Shown here: positions 28,901 to 38,531 of the stretch, in pieces
Position numbering within the stretch: the stretch's first letter is position 1
Layout: each line of letters begins with the position of its first letter
Assembly (NCBI GenBank): GCA_964424665.1
Contig: CAYRJM010000001.1
Coordinates: 15,395-79,394, forward strand
Direction of reading: 5' to 3'
Length of the DNA: 64,000 bases
DNA from: an uncultured Chitinophagaceae bacterium
GTDB taxonomy: Bacteria > Bacteroidota > Bacteroidia > Chitinophagales > Chitinophagaceae
Program-made: the position numbers and the translations under genes
The notes under the pieces: generated by a model
Seen by the model: the letters and a program-made list of their open reading frames with translations, nothing else
What the model was told of the DNA's origin: nothing
Databases searched by the model: none

Positions 28901-29529
28901 ACATAGGAGTAGACAGTCGCCAGAGCGGTAAGCCCGCTTGGTTAAGTGGTTATGATTCAACCGATACTTATATAGAAAATGACCGGGGGAAGCGGTTCGT
29001 CCTGTTTCACAAGCGCTATTCAAAAGGTGATATCGTCACCATCGGCAGTCCGGCACCCGATGAAAAAATAAATAGCTACTTTATCGCAGGGAAGTATGCT
29101 ACAGATATGATGCCTACCTACGATTTAAAACCCACCACACACTATCCTGTTACCAAAGCCATATTGAAGGGTAAGCATCTACATCTTATGCACAAGGATG
29201 ACAAAGAATACGTCATTTTTAGCCGGCCACAGGAAACCGATACGTTACAGTTTAAGGTAAAAATTGGCATTGCAGGAAAGTACGCTATTCGAGTCCGCTA
29301 TTCCAACCCCCAAAAAGAAACAAAATATCTACAACTTCAAATAGCCTCCGAGGGAGGCATCCTGTTGCAAAGTACACGGTTAACTTTTCCTCCTACTGAA
29401 CCAGGGAAGCGAAGGAATATAATGACCATGACGGACACCCCCATCAACGCCGGGAACTATAAAATCCACTTAATCCCAACCGACAAACCTGTAAATGGTT
29501 TAATGGTTTCAGAAATAGCGATACAATAA
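25945..29529 (+). CDS. GH2 glycosidase fused to a malectin-like domain and a C-terminal CBM6/35-like module
   Basis: 1194 aa. GH2 motifs are WKTVDVPHNWDD, NAFRDAHQPH, ILWGLENES (acid/base) and IGEYGAW (nucleophile). The malectin-like block is YRVNCGGGNYKDHSGNIWQADR. The C-terminus has YAIRVRYSNPQ...LQLQIASEGG. Confidence 0.8.
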   Translation: MKRSLSITVFLFTLWSALPAAAQHHPSSIRLEKNLNNGWRTIAHSTNQHMYDNFVQADYNVVTWKTVDVPHNWDDYGGYRRLLNGNRYGYAWYRRTFSIKKLRKNQRCFLWFEGVGSYATVWVNGQKVGYHAGGRTTFTIDITDAVRPGASNLLCVRADHPKHIRDLPWVSGGDAKEIGFSEGSQPMGIFRPVHLFVTNQTRIVPFGVHIWNDTTVSGKSATLYLETTLKNYNIRAKTQTVTVKNILKDHSGKTVAQVQSKVPLSPGKAKAVKQQFKNIRNPRLWSPKSPYRYSVITQIIKNDQCIDQTTTPYGIRWISWPVNRVGENKQLLVNGKPVYLNGVCGYEHLFGQSHAFSAAQIKTRVRQAEAAGFNAFRDAHQPHNLRFQKQWAKDGILWWPQFAAHIWFDNPKFKEHFKQLLHDWVIERRNNPAVILWGLENESTLPSEFAKECTEIIRELDPTASIQRPVTTCNGGTGTDWNVPQNWSGTYGGDPYNYANEVQKEKLIGEYGAWRSIDLHSEKDFKADNTSSENRMSQLLELKVRLADSVKDKFCGQFLWLLHSHDNPGRVQSGEGLRALDRIGPVNYKGLFTIWGEPVDAFYMYRSNYVSNKEHAMVYIVSHTWPDRWKEPGIKSNITIYSNCDKVALFNDINAAPLGVKTRNGVGTHFQWNQVNIRYNVLYAVGYVDGKPVATDCIVLNHLPEAPHFTALVDSTNVLHDSVGLNYLYRVNCGGGNYKDHSGNIWQADRPLSQKNTWGSVSWTTHYSGLPPFYGSQRRTFDPIKGTPDWNLFQTYRYGRHDLKYVFPVPNGDYIVELYFIEPWFGIGGGINCQGWRLFDVAVNNKTMLRNLDIWKEAGTNHALKKTLKVHVTAGQIVLSFPKVNSVQAVISAIAVATADETIRPASPSPLLIKDLTVSEKEQADKWHIRTWLDTGKPLYSDDKATIYSLPSELYGSTWIQAPKSITTINKKNLAKFQVSADADIYIGVDSRQSGKPAWLSGYDSTDTYIENDRGKRFVLFHKRYSKGDIVTIGSPAPDEKINSYFIAGKYATDMMPTYDLKPTTHYPVTKAILKGKHLHLMHKDDKEYVIFSRPQETDTLQFKVKIGIAGKYAIRVRYSNPQKETKYLQLQIASEGGILLQSTRLTFPPTEPGKRRNIMTMTDTPINAGNYKIHLIPTDKPVNGLMVSEIAIQ

Positions 29530-29537
29530 TTAAATAT

Positions 29538-30554
29538 ATGAGAGCATTAATATGTAAACAGCCGGGCCAATTTGCCTACGAAAACATTCAAGAACCCATT
29601 CCCCGAAAAGGCACCTCAATCGTGAGAATTAAACGAATCGGAATCTGCGGGACCGACTTCCATGCTTTTAAAGGGACACAACCATTCTTTAAATATCCAA
29701 GAATCTTCGGTCACGAACTATCGGGGTACGTATACTCCTGCGATAACGCATCGGGTCTGAAAAAAGGAGATAAGGTAACTATCTTACCTTATCTCAGTTG
29801 TGGTACCTGTATAGCGTGCAGATCAGCCAAGCCCAATTGCTGCGACAAAATTAAGGTTTGTGGTGTACATATAGATGGCGGAATGGCTGAATATATACAG
29901 GTTCCAAACAGTTCAATAGTCAAAGGAGACGAACTGACCTACAACGAGTTAGCCTTGATAGAGCCGCTGTCGATAGGAGCACATGGCGTGAATAGAGCCA
30001 ACATACACGCCGGGGAAACGGCCTTGGTTGTAGGGGCCGGCCCTATTGGATTAAGTATTATTCATTTTTTAAAAATACAGGGTGCGCAAGTTATTGTCTT
30101 GGATGTCAACAACAGTCGTCTTGCCTATTGCAAACAAACAGCCAAGGCGGATATCGTCATCAACGCAAACAGTGAAAACATAGCTACTCAAATAAAAGAT
30201 CAGACCAATAACGATTTACCTACCGCACTTTTTGATGCTACGGGAAACAGAAAGGCTATTCTTGACACTTTTGAATTAATGGCGCATGGCGCAAGATATA
30301 TTTTGGTCGGCCTGCAAAAAGGAGAAATCTGTTTTAGCCACCCGGAATTCCACAAAAGAGAAAGCACATTGATGAGCAGCAGAAACGCGACAAGGAAAGA
30401 TTTTGAATATGTCATTAATTGTTTAAAAGAAAAGAAAATCAAAGCTTCTGACTTTATCACGCAGGAGATTCCGTTTAATGTGGTAAAAGACGAGTTCGGC
30501 CTTTTATCCCATCCGGAAAGTGACCAGATAAAAACAATTATAAGAATGGATTAA
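29538..30554 (+). CDS. Zinc-dependent medium-chain dehydrogenase/reductase (sugar-alcohol or sugar-acid dehydrogenase type)
   Basis: 338 aa. It has the catalytic Zn motifs GICGTDFH and GHELSG, the structural Zn Cys cluster CGTCIACRSAKPNCC and the Rossmann motif VVGAGPIGL. Confidence 0.85.
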   Translation: MRALICKQPGQFAYENIQEPIPRKGTSIVRIKRIGICGTDFHAFKGTQPFFKYPRIFGHELSGYVYSCDNASGLKKGDKVTILPYLSCGTCIACRSAKPNCCDKIKVCGVHIDGGMAEYIQVPNSSIVKGDELTYNELALIEPLSIGAHGVNRANIHAGETALVVGAGPIGLSIIHFLKIQGAQVIVLDVNNSRLAYCKQTAKADIVINANSENIATQIKDQTNNDLPTALFDATGNRKAILDTFELMAHGARYILVGLQKGEICFSHPEFHKRESTLMSSRNATRKDFEYVINCLKEKKIKASDFITQEIPFNVVKDEFGLLSHPESDQIKTIIRMD

Positions 30555-30595
30555 ACAGGACTATTTTTAGACGGAATAATTTTTACTACTTTCCA

Positions 30596-32632
30596 TTATC
30601 TGTCAAACGGCAACCAAACCGTCATGTCATACAATCCTCTGTTATCCCATGCATAATAGGGAATCATTTGAATAGGAATTTGTTTATATTTCATTGTTTT
30701 AACGGGTCGGTATAAATCACTATCCCAACTTTGTTCGGGAAGCACCGCTGCGTTCCCCGTCAGAGCTACTATTTCGCTGTTATCTATAACAACGGGTCTA
30801 AGCGCAAAGCGGATATCTGCCGGCAATACAACGTTAAACAGGTTTTGGTTTTTTAAAAGATCAGCCCCTTCCAAACAATAGACGATAGGACCGCGCTTTA
30901 CGGCAACTTGATTTCGGGTGGCCTCTACTAACGGGTTAGCCTGGATTAATTGGACCTTTTCCGGTAATACCAGCCTAACCCGGTCACTTTTCTCCCAAAC
31001 GCGGCTGATTTCAATATAGCTGCCAGCACTTAAATTATTTTTATACAAAGTCCCGTTGATAAATACGCTTGCTCCCTTACACCAGCCGGGAATGCGAAGG
31101 AATACAGAAAATTTTTCGTCAGGTGTATCTTCAAATTTAATATTCACCGTTCCATCCCATGGATAGGCTGTTTGTTGTGTTAACGTTACGGCTTGTCCAT
31201 TCTTTAAGTGCGTTGCCAGTTTATTGCTGCCGTATAAGTTAAACCACAGTCCGCTATCTGAAAGGCTGTATACATAATCATTTACTTCAGCAATGGTTCG
31301 AACTACATTGGGTGGACAACAAAACGAAAGAGGAATGTAAGGTACCCGGTCCTTCGACCATCGCAGCGTGAAGGGTAATTGATGGTTATAGGCTAACGGG
31401 TTCGTATAGCAGTAGTTTTTCCCATTCAAGCTAATGCCTGATAAAACGCTGTTGTATAAGGTAAGTTCCAATATATCCATATATTTCGCGTCGCCGGTAA
31501 TTTGAAACATTCGCCAATTCCACAGGACATTTCCGATATTCGCACATGTTTCATTATGGGCCGTAAGGTTTGGCAATTGATAATCGCTGCCATAAGCCTG
31601 ATGAATCTGTTGGATTTCTCTGGGCTGATAAGAAGTCCCATTGGGTGAGACGCCGTCATATAAGGCACCACAAGCGCCCGTGATATACATTTTCCGGTGA
31701 ACCACATCGTTCCAGATAAGTTTCAAAGGCTTTAACAATGTACTGTCGCCTGTTTCCATAAAGAGATCCGCAGCGCCTGCGTATAGATAATTGGCCCTGA
31801 CTGCATGACCAACAGCCTTGGTTTGTTGCCTAAAAGGAATCCTGTCCTGGTTGTTATCCGTTCCGTTTTTTACTTCCTGCCTGATGTTAAATAACCGCTT
31901 AGCCATTTTCAAATATTTTGGATCCCGGGTAGTCCTGTACAGTTCTATCGTTCCCATATAATGCGAGGGACAGACAGCCGTCCTCGTCACTTCAGACGGT
32001 GCGTTTCGATAGAATTTACCCAAAAAATCCGCGGCTTGTTTGGCTATCTTAAGTAGAGACGTCTTCCCGGTCGCACGATAGTGAATACACGCTGCCGTCA
32101 TTAGATGGCCAAAGTTATAAGCCTCAAAACTTAATTCATCCTGAAATTCAAAAACGGAATCTGGATAGTTTCGTTGAGCGATAATTACCGGCGTGTGTAT
32201 ATAGCCGTCAGGTCTTTGTGCCAACCCAATGACGTGAATAACAGAATCCATCAATTGATCTAGTTCAAAAGAACCCGTTACGCTATACACTGCAGCTACT
32301 GCTTCCAGCCATTTATAAACGTCACCATCCATAAATGGGGGACCTAGATGGCTTCCGGTATCCAGGCCTGCGGCTATCCTAAAATTCTCAAAAGCATGGC
32401 TTAGCTGATCGTTCTTAAAAAGCCTCCACATATTTGTTATCATAGAATCCCTGCATACATCAAAACGGTCTTTCCAAAAGCCTCCGATCCATGTTACCTC
32501 CCCCATACCGACACTACTTAATAATGCAAAAGGGCTTTGTGTGGTATTGGTAATCCCTTTATTCTGAGCCTGTACTTCCTCTAAACAGAAACCTCCCAGA
32601 ATAAGTAATGAAATGAAGATATATTTTCTCAT
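30596..32632 (-). CDS. GH127 (DUF1680) beta-L-arabinofuranosidase-family enzyme
   Basis: 678 aa. The N-terminus reads GGFWKDRFDVC. The Zn/catalytic residues are conserved as in HypBA1-type enzymes: HNETCA (Glu-x-Cys) and LSFCCPPNVVRT (Cys-Cys). Confidence 0.85.
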   Translation of the reverse strand: MRKYIFISLLILGGFCLEEVQAQNKGITNTTQSPFALLSSVGMGEVTWIGGFWKDRFDVCRDSMITNMWRLFKNDQLSHAFENFRIAAGLDTGSHLGPPFMDGDVYKWLEAVAAVYSVTGSFELDQLMDSVIHVIGLAQRPDGYIHTPVIIAQRNYPDSVFEFQDELSFEAYNFGHLMTAACIHYRATGKTSLLKIAKQAADFLGKFYRNAPSEVTRTAVCPSHYMGTIELYRTTRDPKYLKMAKRLFNIRQEVKNGTDNNQDRIPFRQQTKAVGHAVRANYLYAGAADLFMETGDSTLLKPLKLIWNDVVHRKMYITGACGALYDGVSPNGTSYQPREIQQIHQAYGSDYQLPNLTAHNETCANIGNVLWNWRMFQITGDAKYMDILELTLYNSVLSGISLNGKNYCYTNPLAYNHQLPFTLRWSKDRVPYIPLSFCCPPNVVRTIAEVNDYVYSLSDSGLWFNLYGSNKLATHLKNGQAVTLTQQTAYPWDGTVNIKFEDTPDEKFSVFLRIPGWCKGASVFINGTLYKNNLSAGSYIEISRVWEKSDRVRLVLPEKVQLIQANPLVEATRNQVAVKRGPIVYCLEGADLLKNQNLFNVVLPADIRFALRPVVIDNSEIVALTGNAAVLPEQSWDSDLYRPVKTMKYKQIPIQMIPYYAWDNRGLYDMTVWLPFDR

Positions 32633-32661
32633 AGTTGATGATATAACAGGTAATTACTAAT

Positions 32662-35600
32662 TTATTTCATGAGCTGTACAGGCCCCAATAGACCGGCAGA
32701 TAACAGACCAACTCCCTCTAAACGATACTCGGCATTGGTATCAGTAGCTCTTTTTTCCGGTGGAAGTTCATGATCCCTCATTAATCTGTTGGCCCAGGTA
32801 TTACTTACGTCAATTTCAATGTGATTTTCTCCTTTTTTCAAAGCCTTGGATATATCAACCCTGTAGGGATAAGTCCAGGCTACTCCACAATCAATCCCAT
32901 TCACTTTTACCGCTGCTATATTAGCCACTTTTCCCAGTGACAACCATACTTTTTCCTTGTTGTCGGAACGCTGGTTCCAGGTAAAAGAAGTAGTATAGAC
33001 CGCAGTACCTGCATAATATCTGATATCATTATCCGTACTTTTTGTCCAGTCTTTAAGTGTATCCCATTGAAAGCTTTTGTTCAGATCATCATACACAGAA
33101 TTAAAGTGCACATTCCATGGCCCGGTTATGGTTTTCACTTTTGCAGGGGAGTCCCAATTCTTTCCTTTGGAACGGCTGCTTAAAGAAGTAGAGTCTTTTA
33201 AAATAATAAAAACAGATCCGTTTCTGGGCAGCTTAACGGGCAGTATAGTACGGCCATTTTTTATTTTCCACGTGCCGGCTGTCCACCGTTCATCTGTAAC
33301 AGCATCGTAAAATTCAGGAACCTTACCGGAAATTCTCAGGGAAAGCTGAATAGTTTTGGTCTTCTCGGTTTGATTTGAGATAAAGTAGATGTCTTCATCC
33401 TTTGTTTTTCGATGTGTCCAGGCTATTTTTTCCGCATAATCTCCATCCGCTGCGCTGACAATCACATCTTTCTCTATACCCAACCCTTTGAAAGAAGCGG
33501 GAAGGTAAGGTCCCTTTACTACCCTGCCTTTGCCTACCTGTTTTACATAATAGCTTCCCGATTGTGTTTCTACCCTTTTAAAAGTGCCGCCAAAGAGTTT
33601 TTGGCCAAGGCTATACAATATTTTACTTTTCCTTTTAGAATTCTTTAGTCCGGGAACATATTCAGGTTGGTCTACCATCAAAATGGTAGCACCCGAGTTG
33701 ACTAATGCCAGGAGCCGCTCAGCAACAGGTAACCTCATCATGTTTCCTTCGGGCAGTTGCCTACGTTTTCCAGGAATGATTAACAGGCGATAGCTGGCAC
33801 CTCCCGGTAATTGAATCCGGTCATCTTCCACCTGAGATAATCTCAATAAGGCGTCTTCATTGAAGGAGTCGTAGTGATAACCACGGAGCGGATCAATCCA
33901 ATCGATGGGTTTATAGATATTAGCAGAAGAAGTTACCCCTTTAGGGACTTCTTGTAAAGGTTGTCCGATATTGGCCAGTCTTGCTTTCTCCCGTTTAACT
34001 GCTTCCTCCCCAAATAGTCCCGGTATCACCGGGATAAGTCGGTCAGGCAAAAGCCCTCTTCTGGGTATTTCCCAACCATTAAAAACGGCAATATCTACTA
34101 CTGGATGTCCTTTTTGCAGTAACTTCTGGCAACGTTTGGCATATTCCACCCAGGCCCTGCCAGCCTTCCACCAGGTTTGATCTCTTTGAAAGTATAAGCC
34201 GACCCCGTTCAAGGTCATTCCAGGTTTCCTGTCCAACCAGGGATTGTGTACGAACAGATGGTACACTATCCTGTTTATGCCCAATGCGTAATTCCGGTCT
34301 AATAATGTTTTTAACATCCCCGGATATTCATCCCAATCTATCCTTAATTCTGTAAAACCTTCCGCCTGTACAAACCTTTTTCCGTAAATGTGTGCACCTG
34401 AAACAGCGTCCCGAATGTCGTTGGGTTTGTCGTGGGTAGGGCTTCGTAACCAAAACTCTCCCATCGGCAGGTCGACCTGGCCAGCATGCTTTAAGTTGGC
34501 GCTGACCATGGTGGGAGCAATGCTTTCCGCACTGAACAGACAACCTTTTTCATGGGCCAGTTCGCTAAGGGTGCCGTAAAAGTTCTCGTTAATCAACTGA
34601 GCAATGGTATATCTTATATCGTAAAGGAACTGTTCTGATATCCTGGCACTTTGAACAGGGATTCCGGCCATTACCGGTAAGTATTCCAAAGGGTCATATC
34701 CGCAATATTGCATAAAGGCATCCCTGAAAACGGGAGACCAGTTTTGGCTACCGCATTCCCAACTGTCTACATGGAATATTTTTAACACATCAGAAGCAAG
34801 CGTGCTGTCAATCTTTTCAAAAACCTTTCCAAACCAATTGTTAAACTGCAGCGCTACCGCCTCGGGATTAAACTTATCACATTCCAGCCCTTTGCCACCA
34901 CCTCCCGTCGCGTTTACCTGGCCGGTAGAGGTATGGCCCATTCTTAAGACGGTCCATTCACCCTCGGGAGCATCCCAGTTTAATATGCCGTTAGAATCCA
35001 AATAGTCGGTGATATTGATTAATTGGTCTTTAGGAACACAAAGGAAATTGGGAATTTGTTTCGAATCAGTACGTTCACTTATTCTCCATACCGATCCGTT
35101 TTTGCCTTCAATTTGGTCTATCTGTGGTTTACTGAATAAAGAAAGCCCAATTAATTTAAAAGTCGGCCGCCATTTCGCGCCATCCAGGTCCTCGGAGCCG
35201 GGTTCACTGCCAGCAGGGTCATAAACAAATCTAAAATAACGGGCAGTTACGGTGGGAATGCTAAAGGTAGCATAAGGCACTGCATAATCCTGCCAGCCGC
35301 TTCTGGCAGGTTTCAACCGCGTGATAGGTCGAAAATTTTCACCGTCATCACTCACTTCTATCAGTACCCGGTACGCCTGTACGGTCGGACCTCTCACGCG
35401 TATCTTTATAGACCGGCAGGTGAACGGTTTATCAAATCTATACTGTATCCAACAGGGATCGTGGCTAACAAAATGTTTTTGATTATCCTTTTCTATTAAA
35501 AAAGCCGCCGGATCACCATTGCTTGTAGTCACCTCCGGTATTTGAGTAAAAGTAGAAATCCCGGTGCCGTCTAAAGAAGGAAAGGCGTAGACAGCGATAT

Positions 35601-36093
35601 CTTCATAGTAGTCTTTTACCGATTCGGGTTCAGGCAATTTCTCCCTGTATTTCTTTCCTCCTTCTAAGTGTACTTGCGACCAAACTATTTTTTGCATCGA
35701 TAGTTCAGGCGTAATCCATGGTCCACCTGCCGTTGCAAAGCCATCGCAAACATCCATCGCCAATTTAATGCCCAGACTATCGGCTTTCCTCATCGCCAAC
35801 GCTACCATTCGCCACCAGTAGGGTGATAACTGTGTTGCAGGGGGGTGAATAAGCGGAGGATCTTCAGGCCCCGAAATGGGCATCAGGTATGCTCCTGCAA
35901 TTCCGGCGGCTTGCATGGCCTCCAAATCCGCACGTATTCCTTCCGGCGAGACGGCCGCGTTCATCCAATACCAAAACACCCAGGGAGCGGATGGATCTTC
36001 AAGGTGGAGTTGTTTGGCAGACTGGCCATACCCTTTCTGCCCGATCAAAAACAGGCTGCTGAGAAGGACCAATAAATAGAAAACGCCTTTCAT
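32662..36093 (-). CDS. GH106-type alpha-L-rhamnosidase
   Basis: 1143 aa with a signal peptide. The N-terminal block PWVFWYWMNAAVSPEGIRADLEAMQAAGIAGAYL matches what I recall as typical of GH106. The large size is consistent with that family. Confidence 0.65.
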   Translation of the reverse strand: MKGVFYLLVLLSSLFLIGQKGYGQSAKQLHLEDPSAPWVFWYWMNAAVSPEGIRADLEAMQAAGIAGAYLMPISGPEDPPLIHPPATQLSPYWWRMVALAMRKADSLGIKLAMDVCDGFATAGGPWITPELSMQKIVWSQVHLEGGKKYREKLPEPESVKDYYEDIAVYAFPSLDGTGISTFTQIPEVTTSNGDPAAFLIEKDNQKHFVSHDPCWIQYRFDKPFTCRSIKIRVRGPTVQAYRVLIEVSDDGENFRPITRLKPARSGWQDYAVPYATFSIPTVTARYFRFVYDPAGSEPGSEDLDGAKWRPTFKLIGLSLFSKPQIDQIEGKNGSVWRISERTDSKQIPNFLCVPKDQLINITDYLDSNGILNWDAPEGEWTVLRMGHTSTGQVNATGGGGKGLECDKFNPEAVALQFNNWFGKVFEKIDSTLASDVLKIFHVDSWECGSQNWSPVFRDAFMQYCGYDPLEYLPVMAGIPVQSARISEQFLYDIRYTIAQLINENFYGTLSELAHEKGCLFSAESIAPTMVSANLKHAGQVDLPMGEFWLRSPTHDKPNDIRDAVSGAHIYGKRFVQAEGFTELRIDWDEYPGMLKTLLDRNYALGINRIVYHLFVHNPWLDRKPGMTLNGVGLYFQRDQTWWKAGRAWVEYAKRCQKLLQKGHPVVDIAVFNGWEIPRRGLLPDRLIPVIPGLFGEEAVKREKARLANIGQPLQEVPKGVTSSANIYKPIDWIDPLRGYHYDSFNEDALLRLSQVEDDRIQLPGGASYRLLIIPGKRRQLPEGNMMRLPVAERLLALVNSGATILMVDQPEYVPGLKNSKRKSKILYSLGQKLFGGTFKRVETQSGSYYVKQVGKGRVVKGPYLPASFKGLGIEKDVIVSAADGDYAEKIAWTHRKTKDEDIYFISNQTEKTKTIQLSLRISGKVPEFYDAVTDERWTAGTWKIKNGRTILPVKLPRNGSVFIILKDSTSLSSRSKGKNWDSPAKVKTITGPWNVHFNSVYDDLNKSFQWDTLKDWTKSTDNDIRYYAGTAVYTTSFTWNQRSDNKEKVWLSLGKVANIAAVKVNGIDCGVAWTYPYRVDISKALKKGENHIEIDVSNTWANRLMRDHELPPEKRATDTNAEYRLEGVGLLSAGLLGPVQLMK

Positions 36094-36111
36094 TAATGTT
36101 TATTTAATACT

Positions 36112-38529
36112 TTATTTGCTCTTGATAAGCAAAGAATCTGAAATCAAACCATTTGAGCTTGCAATAATCTGAATAGTACCCGTCTGATTCTTAGCCTGAA
36201 CAACAGCCAGGCAGCGCCCATTAAAGGCCTTATGTTCACTGGATTTAAAAGACGCAAGATCTGCCTGATACCCGTTATTAGTCCCGACTATGGCCCCAGT
36301 CTGACTGGCCTTAAACTGAAGGAGATTGTCAGCATGGGGAACGAGATTGCCATTTTTATCCAGAACCTTTGCCGTTACAAAGGCAAGGTCTGTTCCATTG
36401 GCCGCTATGGCTGTCCTGTCGGCTACAAGCTCAATTTTATAAGGAGTGCCCGCGGTATGTATCTCCCGGGTTAAAACGACTTCTCCTTTCTTTTTAGACA
36501 CGGCTTTCAGCGTACCCGGTTTATATTTCAAACGCCACATTACATGCATATCATCGCCTTTTTTACGGCGAATACCCATTGATTTTCCATTTAAGAATAA
36601 TTCTACCTCATCAGCATTATTATAATAAGCCCATACATCTATGGTTTGCCCCTCTTTCCAGTTCCAATGCGGAAAAATATGCAGGACCGGTTTGTCAGTC
36701 CATAAGCTTTGGTATAAATAATAGGCGTCTTTGGGAAACCCGGCGAGGTCAATGATGCCAAAATAGGAGCTTCTGGCGGGCCAGGGGTAGGGTAATGGTT
36801 CCCCCAGATAATCAAAACCACTCCAAACAAACAGCCCTGCAAGATGGGGCGCTTTTCTGAATGCTTTTAACGTTTCCTCATGAGTGGAGCCCCAATAGGC
36901 GGAAACATTATCATAAGCCGAAACCGTATAGTCAGGATTTCCCTCAAAAGGGGCATCGTAGCTTTTTGGCCATCGCATAATACTGTCTGACGGCATATCG
37001 TAATGACCTCTGGTTTCTAATGCTGACATGGTTTCTGTAGCAATATATTTTTGATCAGGAAACAAGTCAGGAAGGTCCTCATAAGATTCATGGTTGTAGT
37101 TAAAGCCCAGAACATCCAGCGCCTGTGCTTGATATACAAAGTTTTTTTCCGGATCCATCTCCGTTAGTGCACAGGTAACAGGTCTTGTCGCATCTAATGT
37201 TTTGACTATATGTACCAACTCCCGGGTTTTAGGAATACCGCTGCTATCAAATTGGGCTCTTATTTCATTGCCAATACTCCACATAATAATAGAAGGATGG
37301 TTCCTGTCCCGCTTAATGAGATCCTGTAAGTCTCTCCTATGCCATTTATTCCAAAAAATATGATAGTCGTAGTCTACCTTTTGCTTGGCCCATACATCAA
37401 AAGCCTCATCCATAACCAAAAAACCCATTTTATCACATAAATCCAAAAACACTTCTGCCGGAGGGTTATGGGCGGTCCGGATAGCATTACAACCCATCTC
37501 CTTCAATAGTAATAATCTTCTCTTTATAGCGCTTTTATTCACTGCCACACCGAGCGCACCCAAGTCTTCGTGCAGACAAACTCCATGAATACGCATAGGA
37601 TGACCATTTAACGAAAAACCACTGCGTTTATCAAAATGAAAGAACCGTATTCCTAATGAGGTCAGGTAGGTATCCTTTAGCTTTCCATTAAGTAATATTT
37701 TTGTTTTGATCTGGTATAGATAAGGGTTGTTTATAGACCATAGTTCAGGGTCTTTCATTTCTATTTCCTGAGAAGTGCTCGTCAATGAATCTTTCAAAAC
37801 GACCTCTTTTGAAGGGAAGACAGCCACTTCATTGCCGGATGAATCAAGGATACTTGTTTCTATAACAATATCTTTAGTACCGCCGGTAGCATTACTTATA
37901 GTAGTCTTCACGTGGATATCGGCCGAATTGCTATCTACATTTGAAGTAGTTACAAACGTTCCCCATTGCGCCACAGCGACTTTATTCGTTACTACAAGTT
38001 TAACATTTCTGTAAATACCCGACCCTGTATACCATCGGGAGTTAGGTTGTTCTGAATTATCGACCCGTACCGCAACTATATTCTTTTTTTCACCAAAATT
38101 TAAGTAAGGAGTCATGTCGTATCTGAAGGAAATGTGACCATTGGGGCGGGCTCCGATCAGCTGTCCGTTAATCCATACTTTACTGTGGCGGTAAATTCCG
38201 CCAAAGTAAATATAAACTTTTTTATTCTTGTAACCTGCAGGGAGCTTGAACGTTTTCCTATACCAGCCAATGCCCGCCGGCAAAGCCGCCTCTGCCGTCG
38301 TCCCTGGATTGTCCTCACTAAAATTACCCTCAATACTCCAGTCGTGAGGCAGATTTAACAGTCGCCATTGCGCATCATCATATCCCGTGCGCTTGGCCGC
38401 ACTGTCATCTCCGAGAAAAAAACGCCAGTTGTGATTGAAATTCGTTATAATTCTAGCTTTCTGATCCTGCTGGGAACAAGCCATCAGCGAAAATAAAGCG
38501 AGCGTAACTATCCAAAGTTTTGATTTCAT
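36112..38529 (-). CDS. GH2 glycosidase (beta-galactosidase/beta-glucuronidase type)
   Basis: 805 aa with lipobox SLMAC. Motifs are FNHNWRFFLGDD, WRLLNLPHDWSIEG, NAIRTAHNPP, IMWSIGNE (acid/base) and YIATETMSA. Confidence 0.85.
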   Translation of the reverse strand: MKSKLWIVTLALFSLMACSQQDQKARIITNFNHNWRFFLGDDSAAKRTGYDDAQWRLLNLPHDWSIEGNFSEDNPGTTAEAALPAGIGWYRKTFKLPAGYKNKKVYIYFGGIYRHSKVWINGQLIGARPNGHISFRYDMTPYLNFGEKKNIVAVRVDNSEQPNSRWYTGSGIYRNVKLVVTNKVAVAQWGTFVTTSNVDSNSADIHVKTTISNATGGTKDIVIETSILDSSGNEVAVFPSKEVVLKDSLTSTSQEIEMKDPELWSINNPYLYQIKTKILLNGKLKDTYLTSLGIRFFHFDKRSGFSLNGHPMRIHGVCLHEDLGALGVAVNKSAIKRRLLLLKEMGCNAIRTAHNPPAEVFLDLCDKMGFLVMDEAFDVWAKQKVDYDYHIFWNKWHRRDLQDLIKRDRNHPSIIMWSIGNEIRAQFDSSGIPKTRELVHIVKTLDATRPVTCALTEMDPEKNFVYQAQALDVLGFNYNHESYEDLPDLFPDQKYIATETMSALETRGHYDMPSDSIMRWPKSYDAPFEGNPDYTVSAYDNVSAYWGSTHEETLKAFRKAPHLAGLFVWSGFDYLGEPLPYPWPARSSYFGIIDLAGFPKDAYYLYQSLWTDKPVLHIFPHWNWKEGQTIDVWAYYNNADEVELFLNGKSMGIRRKKGDDMHVMWRLKYKPGTLKAVSKKKGEVVLTREIHTAGTPYKIELVADRTAIAANGTDLAFVTAKVLDKNGNLVPHADNLLQFKASQTGAIVGTNNGYQADLASFKSSEHKAFNGRCLAVVQAKNQTGTIQIIASSNGLISDSLLIKSK

Positions 38530-38531
38530 AT

